Assembly (NCBI GenBank): GCA_934167445.1
Contig: CAKPKJ010000005.1
Location: 3,071 to 67,070 of the forward strand
Length of the DNA: 64,000 nucleotides
DNA from: an uncultured Clostridia bacterium
GTDB taxonomy: Bacteria; Bacillota; Clostridia; TANB77; CAG-508
Direction: 5' to 3'
The notes under the pieces were generated by a model. The model had not been told where the DNA came from. It did no database searches and saw only the letters and a program-made list of their open reading frames with translations. This document shows, one piece after another, positions 59,103-64,000 of this stretch. Position 1 is the first letter of the stretch. Each line of letters starts with the position of its first letter. The translations under genes were made by a program, and so were the position numbers.

Positions 59103-59137
59103 AAAAAAGTCTCTGTTTTTATAACAGAGGCTTTTTT
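59103..59137. terminator. Bidirectional terminator between 58724-59080 and the convergent trmFO
   Basis: GTCTCTGTT (59109-59117) pairs with AACAGAGGC (59123-59131). An A6 run precedes it and a T6 run follows. Confidence 0.7.
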
Positions 59138-59173
59138 ATTTGCTTTATTTAGTTTTATTAATTCTGTTTTATA

Positions 59174-60619
59174 TTATTTAGCATCGAAATTTTCTAAACT
59201 TCTTTCAGCTAATTTCATATATCTTTCTTTTTTATCTTTTATTTTCTTACCTTCTAATTCTGGCAAAATCCCAAAATTAGCATTCATTGGTTGGAATTTT
59301 TTATTTGGCGTAGATATGTATTTAGCCAATGCTCCTATTACTGTATTTTCAGAAAAAGTAATTTTCGCATTTTTAGCTATTTGTAATATTTCTTTTAATT
59401 CCGCTTCTTTTGTAACACTTTGTATTTCTTTTTTATTATTTTCACCTTGAACATTTTTATATCTTGCACAAGCATTTAAAGCTGCAACTAATCCAGACGA
59501 AATTGATTCTACATAACCTTCTACACCTGTTATTTGTCCTGCAAAATATATATTGGTGTTTGATTTCAAATTATATGTTTCGTCTAACAAATTGCTTGAA
59601 TTTATATATGTATTTCTGTGCATTACACCATATTTCACAAATTCTGTATTTTCCAGACCCGGTATCATGCTAAACACTCTTTTTTGTTCTCCAAATTTTA
59701 AATTTGTTTGAAATCCTACCAAATTGTATATACTTGCTTGTTTGTCATCTTGACGCAATTGAACAAGTGCATATGGCCTTTTACCTGTTCTTGGGTCGTC
59801 AAAACCAACTGGTTTTAACGGTCCAAATCTTAATGTGTCAATTCCTCTTTTAGCCATTATTTCTACTGGCATACATCCTTCAAATATTTCTTTTTTCTCA
59901 AAATCATGTAATGTAACAACCTCTGCATTTACAAGTTCATTCCAAAATTTTTCGTATTCTTCTTGGTCCATTGGAAGGTTTATATAACTTTGTTCTTTTC
60001 CTTTTTGTTTTTCTAGTCTTTCTTTCCATTCTTCTATAGTTTCATCTTTTTTCTTTTCTTGACTATATCTATCACCATAAAAAGCAATATTAAAATCTAT
60101 ACTTTCTTTACTAACAATTGGAGCAGCTGCATCATAAAAATACAGCTTATCTTCACCTGTTAGTTCTGAAATTTGTTTCGCTAAACCATCAGAAGTTAAT
60201 GGCCCTGTAGCAATTATAACAATTCCATCTTCTGACATTTGTTTAATATCTGTAATTTCTTTATTTATTACTTCTATTAATGGATTTTTATTAATTATGT
60301 CTGTAACCTTTTGTGAAAAAATATCTCTATCAACTGCAAGAGCTTGGCCTGCAGCAACACTTGTTTCATCTGCTACTTTTATTAAAAGTGAGTCTAATCT
60401 TCTAAGTTCTTCTTTTAACAATCCACACGCATTTGTCAAAAGATTAGATTTAAAAGAATTGCTACAAACTATTTCAGCTAAATTTTTATTAGAATGTGCA
60501 GGTGAAAATTTTTCTGGTTTCATTTCATATAGTTTTACTTTTATTCCTTGTTTAGTTATTTGATATGCCGCTTCGCTTCCAGCTAGCCCTCCACCTATTA
60601 CAGTTATATAATCTTTCAT
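59174..60619 (-). CDS. trmFO: Methylenetetrahydrofolate--tRNA-(uracil-5)-methyltransferase TrmFO (Gid) with a K/E-rich insertion
   Basis: [24 protein letters not shown]-binding N-terminus (ATG at 60617-60619, GGAGG SD 5 nt upstream). ...[14 protein letters not shown] motif. A ~45-aa charged insert ([26 protein letters not shown]...). Confidence 0.9.
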   Translation of the reverse strand: MKDYITVIGGGLAGSEAAYQITKQGIKVKLYEMKPEKFSPAHSNKNLAEIVCSNSFKSNLLTNACGLLKEELRRLDSLLIKVADETSVAAGQALAVDRDIFSQKVTDIINKNPLIEVINKEITDIKQMSEDGIVIIATGPLTSDGLAKQISELTGEDKLYFYDAAAPIVSKESIDFNIAFYGDRYSQEKKKDETIEEWKERLEKQKGKEQSYINLPMDQEEYEKFWNELVNAEVVTLHDFEKKEIFEGCMPVEIMAKRGIDTLRFGPLKPVGFDDPRTGKRPYALVQLRQDDKQASIYNLVGFQTNLKFGEQKRVFSMIPGLENTEFVKYGVMHRNTYINSSNLLDETYNLKSNTNIYFAGQITGVEGYVESISSGLVAALNACARYKNVQGENNKKEIQSVTKEAELKEILQIAKNAKITFSENTVIGALAKYISTPNKKFQPMNANFGILPELEGKKIKDKKERYMKLAERSLENFDAK

Positions 60620-60629
60620 TTCTTCCTCC

Positions 60630-60748
60630 AATGATTTTGGGGACGGAGCAAAAAATCATTTTTATTTTTTGCTTATTCACCCCCAAAAAATTTCACTTTC
60701 CTTACTTGCTTTTTTAAAATGATTTTTTGCTCCGTCCCCAAAATCATT
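60630..60748. repeat. 119-bp element: perfect 31-bp inverted repeats flanking a 57-bp spacer
   Basis: Left arm AATGATTTTGGGGACGGAGCAAAAAATCATT (60630-60660). The right arm at 60718-60748 is its exact reverse complement. The right arm contains the SNF2 stop codon (60744-60746). The left arm ends 1 nt from the trmFO SD. Confidence 0.85.
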
Positions 60749-63700
60749 CAAACAAGTTCATTATTTCGTCTTTAGATAATTGGTTTATAAATTTTGCTTT
60801 TGTATCTAGCATATTATTTGCTAATGTTGCCTTTCTTTCTTGTAATTCATATATTTTTTCTTCTATTGAATTTTTCGTTATTAATTTATATACTTGTACA
60901 TTGTTTTTTTGTCCTATTCTATATGCTCTGTCTGTTGCTTGATTTTCTGTTGATATATTCCACCAAGGGTCATAATGAATTACCATATCGGCTCCTGTTA
61001 AGTTTAGTCCTGTTCCTCCTGCTTTTAGTGATATTAAAAATACTTTTATTTCTGGATTTGCATTAAATTCGTCTACCAATTTTATCCTTTCGTCAACTTT
61101 CGTTGCACCTGTAAGTTTTTCATATTCTATGTTTCTTTCCTTTAATTCTTTTTCAATTATTTGGAACATTGATGTATATCCCGAAAATAATAATATTTTG
61201 TGTCCTCCATTTATTGCATCTTCAATAATTTCTATGCATTGCTCTAATTTACTGCTCCCATATTTGTAGTCACTTATAAATAGACTTGGGTGACAACATA
61301 TTTGTCTTAATCTTGTTAGTGCTGCAAGTATCTGCATATGTGAATGTTCATAACCATTTAGGTTTATTTGTTCTTGTATATCTTGTTTTGCTTGTGCTAA
61401 ATAATTCAAATAAATTTTTTGTTGTTCTTCATTCATTTCATTATTCAATACTGTGACTGTTTTATCTGGCAGTTCTGTCAAAACTTCTTTCTTATTTCTT
61501 CTTAGCACAAATGGTTCTATTAGCATTTTTAATTTTTGCATTGCTTTTTCATCATTTTTCTTTACTATTGGTATTTCATATATATTTTTGAATTTTCTAT
61601 ATGTAAATAAGTATCCTGGCATTATAAAGTCAAATATTGACCATAATTCTGATAGAGAATTTTCTATAGGCGTTCCTGTTAAGGCATATCTTGTATCTGA
61701 TTTTATTTGTTTTATTGCTTTTGCATTTTTTGTCGTACTGTTTTTCAAATACTGTGCCTCATCTGCAATTATATATCGAAACTTATAATCTTTTTCTTTG
61801 TATAAGTCTATATCCCTTTTTAATAAATCGTATGAAGTTATTACTAGCTCGTAACTTTCTATGTTTTTTATTTGATTTCTTCTTTCTGGTGCAGTTCCTC
61901 TTATAACGCAAGATTGCAAGTCTGGTGCAAACTTTTTTACCTCGCTTAACCAGTTTAATGTCAATGAGCTAGGTGATACAACTAAACTTGCTCTTCTACC
62001 TTCATTTTGTGCATAATCAACTATTACAGATAACATTTGTACTGTTTTACCTAGTCCCATATCATCTGCAAGAATTCCGCCAAAGCGATATTTATCAAGT
62101 GTTTTTAGCCACTTATATCCTGTTTTTTGGTAATATCTTAAATTAGCATTTAAGTTACTTGGTATTTCTACTGTTTCTTCTAGTTGCTCTTTATTTAAAT
62201 TATTTATTATATCCTTATATTCTTGATTTTTAAGTATTTCTGTTCCTTGTATTCCTTTTAAGAGTTGGTTTAAATATAATGTTCTATTTACTGGTAATTG
62301 TATTTCTCCATCTTGTAGTTCTTTATAATCAATTCCCATTCCGGTTGCTAGCTTGTCCAAAAATTCTATTTCCTTATTTTCTTGTAAATCAATAAAACTT
62401 CCATCTTTTAACCTATAAAATTTCTTTTTTAAAGAATATTTGGACATTATATCTTCTAATTCTTCCGGGTTGATATCTAACTTACTTAAATCTATTGAAA
62501 GTAAATCATTTTCAACTTTTACTCCTAATCCACTCATTTTAGGTATTCTAATTTGTTTTGCCTTAAAATTTTCTGTTACCATTACCTCGAATTTTTTCAT
62601 ATAATAGTTTATATCCTCTGTTAAAAATCTATAAATATCATCATCATTTGGTAATATAAATCTTGAGTTTTTAACATCTAACATAAATCCCGTTTTTCTT
62701 AACATATTTAGTGCTTTTGTTTCTTTTATTTTATTTCTTGAATATGGTATTTTTGCATTATTTTCTATCGGATTAAATTCATTTTGCTCATAACAAAATT
62801 TTATATCAGCTATTAAATAATTGTTTTTATTAAAATCTAAAAACATTTTTACAACTAATTCTTTTGGTTTGTATTTTTCAATTTCAGTTTCATTTATGTT
62901 TTGCATTACAATTGCATCTTTAACTTTGGGCATAATAATTGAAAAGAAATCAGATAATTCTGCTTTTCCAAATTCTATTTCTGCTAGATAATTCTGCTTG
63001 AACATTTTTAATAATTTTAGAGTTGTGTTTTCAAAATTTTTATCACATCTATATAATTTCTTTTCATCTAAAATATATTTATATTTTCTGCCATTTAATA
63101 TTATTTCTTCATATATTTTTACGTTGGGTATCAATACAAAATTTCCATTTTCTTGTTTTTTTAGAATAAACTTAATTGGTGGTTGTTCCTCTGTAAATTC
63201 TATTTTTGAATTTGCATAATCTCTTTTAAAATTAACGTCTTTTCCTTTTAGCACGTCAAACAAATCATCTATTCCACTATTTCCAATAGTTATACAGGTT
63301 TCGCTTAATGCTTTTCCGTAATATCTATAATTGCTGTTTGAATTCGAATTTGCATATTTAATTATTTCTGCATATTTCATTACAAATTCTAATAATCCTT
63401 GGCCTTCTTCTGCAAAAGCTTCTTTCGTATGTGTAAATTCTAATTTTTCTCCATATTTAAAATATTCTTTGTTAATCATTCTTGTATAAAATTCAGATAA
63501 GTTTTTTATTTTGTACATTATTTTTGATGTTCCTATTCTAAATTCTACTTTCATATCATTTAAAAATTTATCATAGTAAATTATAGGTTCTAGTTGAACA
63601 TCTCCATTTTTCTTTATTTCATCTTCGCTTTCTGATATATCTTCCATTTCTTCTTGATAAAATGTATTTACAATTTGTTTGAAATTTCTAAATTCTCTTT

Positions 63701-64000
63701 TATCTTTTTCTGTTTTTTCTAAGAAGTTATTCATTTTTTCTTTTACATTCTCTATTTCAATGTTGTTATCCACTTTTTGTCCTATATGTTGTGGATTATT
63801 AGCAATTTCTAAAACAGTTGCTAGTGTATGTTTACATACTCCATAATAATTATAATAATCTTGGCATGTACAAGTTACGTCTTCTACAACTCCATTTGCT
63901 ATATTTACATAGGTATTATAATTATCTGTTCCATATACTTTTGCAACCACTTCAAAGTTTTTGCTATCTGTATAATTTAGTTTTTTTATTTCAACTCTAC
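60744..64000 (-). CDS. SNF2-family helicase with an N-terminal SWIM zinc finger (YwqA-like); the 5' end runs off the right edge
   Basis: CTCQDYYNYYGVCKHTLA (SWIM CxCx..CxH), DMGLGKT (motif I), DEAQYLKN (motif II) and helicase-C motifs (GGTGLNLTGADMVIHYDPWWN, QATDRAYRIGQ). The reading frame stays open upstream of the GTG at 63950 to the window end (...RVEIKKLNYTDSKNFEVVAK...). Confidence 0.85.
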   Translation of the reverse strand, partial: RVEIKKLNYTDSKNFEVVAKVYGTDNYNTYVNIANGVVEDVTCTCQDYYNYYGVCKHTLATVLEIANNPQHIGQKVDNNIEIENVKEKMNNFLEKTEKDKREFRNFKQIVNTFYQEEMEDISESEDEIKKNGDVQLEPIIYYDKFLNDMKVEFRIGTSKIMYKIKNLSEFYTRMINKEYFKYGEKLEFTHTKEAFAEEGQGLLEFVMKYAEIIKYANSNSNSNYRYYGKALSETCITIGNSGIDDLFDVLKGKDVNFKRDYANSKIEFTEEQPPIKFILKKQENGNFVLIPNVKIYEEIILNGRKYKYILDEKKLYRCDKNFENTTLKLLKMFKQNYLAEIEFGKAELSDFFSIIMPKVKDAIVMQNINETEIEKYKPKELVVKMFLDFNKNNYLIADIKFCYEQNEFNPIENNAKIPYSRNKIKETKALNMLRKTGFMLDVKNSRFILPNDDDIYRFLTEDINYYMKKFEVMVTENFKAKQIRIPKMSGLGVKVENDLLSIDLSKLDINPEELEDIMSKYSLKKKFYRLKDGSFIDLQENKEIEFLDKLATGMGIDYKELQDGEIQLPVNRTLYLNQLLKGIQGTEILKNQEYKDIINNLNKEQLEETVEIPSNLNANLRYYQKTGYKWLKTLDKYRFGGILADDMGLGKTVQMLSVIVDYAQNEGRRASLVVSPSSLTLNWLSEVKKFAPDLQSCVIRGTAPERRNQIKNIESYELVITSYDLLKRDIDLYKEKDYKFRYIIADEAQYLKNSTTKNAKAIKQIKSDTRYALTGTPIENSLSELWSIFDFIMPGYLFTYRKFKNIYEIPIVKKNDEKAMQKLKMLIEPFVLRRNKKEVLTELPDKTVTVLNNEMNEEQQKIYLNYLAQAKQDIQEQINLNGYEHSHMQILAALTRLRQICCHPSLFISDYKYGSSKLEQCIEIIEDAINGGHKILLFSGYTSMFQIIEKELKERNIEYEKLTGATKVDERIKLVDEFNANPEIKVFLISLKAGGTGLNLTGADMVIHYDPWWNISTENQATDRAYRIGQKNNVQVYKLITKNSIEEKIYELQERKATLANNMLDTKAKFINQLSKDEIMNLFE

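Noticed and set aside
59061-59450. 129-aa plus-strand ORF overlapping the 3' end of trmFO
   Set aside because: It is antisense to a confidently identified gene, starts inside the preceding gene's last codons, and crosses a strong terminator.
1-64000. Search for rRNA, tRNA, CRISPR arrays, IS transposases, integrases, a reverse transcriptase or recognisable defence-system operons
   Set aside because: None was seen. Intergenic regions contain only promoters, terminators and the repeats listed. The only mobile-element-flavoured genes are the Rpn-type nuclease and the Replic_Relax-like gene. A DGR RT or TR was specifically looked for and not found.

Overview
A 64 kb chromosomal segment from a very AT-rich, endospore-forming Firmicute (Clostridia-like). 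By eye most of the window is well under 30 % GC. Nearly all genes are on the minus strand. Read in the direction of transcription (right to left), the window contains:
- a SWIM/SNF2 helicase that runs off the right edge, then trmFO
- two low-complexity proteins
- the str operon (rpsL, rpsG, fusA, tuf), then plsX-acpP
- a D-Ala-D-Ala carboxypeptidase (plus strand)
- a 1299-aa thioester-domain surface adhesin
- a YnbB-type PLP enzyme, a BaiN-like flavoprotein and a YigZ/IMPACT protein
- spo0A
- an M23 peptidase / SpoIVFB-like M50 protease pair
- minD-minE-rodA-dusB (no minC)
- an Rpn-type nuclease and a NodB deacetylase
- a two-OB-fold SSB-like gene, then rluD and rluB and an S1-domain protein
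- a replication-relaxation-like gene paired with a G-Y-D pentapeptide-repeat gene
- arsR plus a P-type metal ATPase
- pflB-pflA and asnS (plus strand)
- the end of the dcw cluster: murA, ftsQ, two DUF881 genes, sbp-like, ftsA, ftsZ and the start of spoIIGA at the left edge

I saw no rRNA, tRNA, CRISPR array, transposase or reverse transcriptase.

Things worth a second look:
1. The last ~40 codons of a pilin-signal/FGE-fold gene (about 29600-29720) are strongly adenine-depleted and GC-rich. This looks like a diversity-generating-retroelement variable region, but no template repeat or RT is in the window.
2. Two ~105-nt extended hairpin repeats sit directly after the rpsL and rpsG stop codons. 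They share a 26-nt identical GC-rich core and compensatory stem changes, and every wobble pair favours folding of the plus (antisense) strand.
3. A perfect 31-bp inverted repeat around a 57-bp spacer exactly fills the SNF2-trmFO gap.
4. Three GC-richer single-gene cassettes, each with its own near-consensus promoter, SD and terminator, are wedged between housekeeping genes.
5. Two +1 frameshifts (murA and an M23 peptidase) occur in the same local sequence context.
6. Tandem perfect Spo0A boxes lie upstream of the putative DGR target.

All homology calls come from reading the translations. No database search was run.
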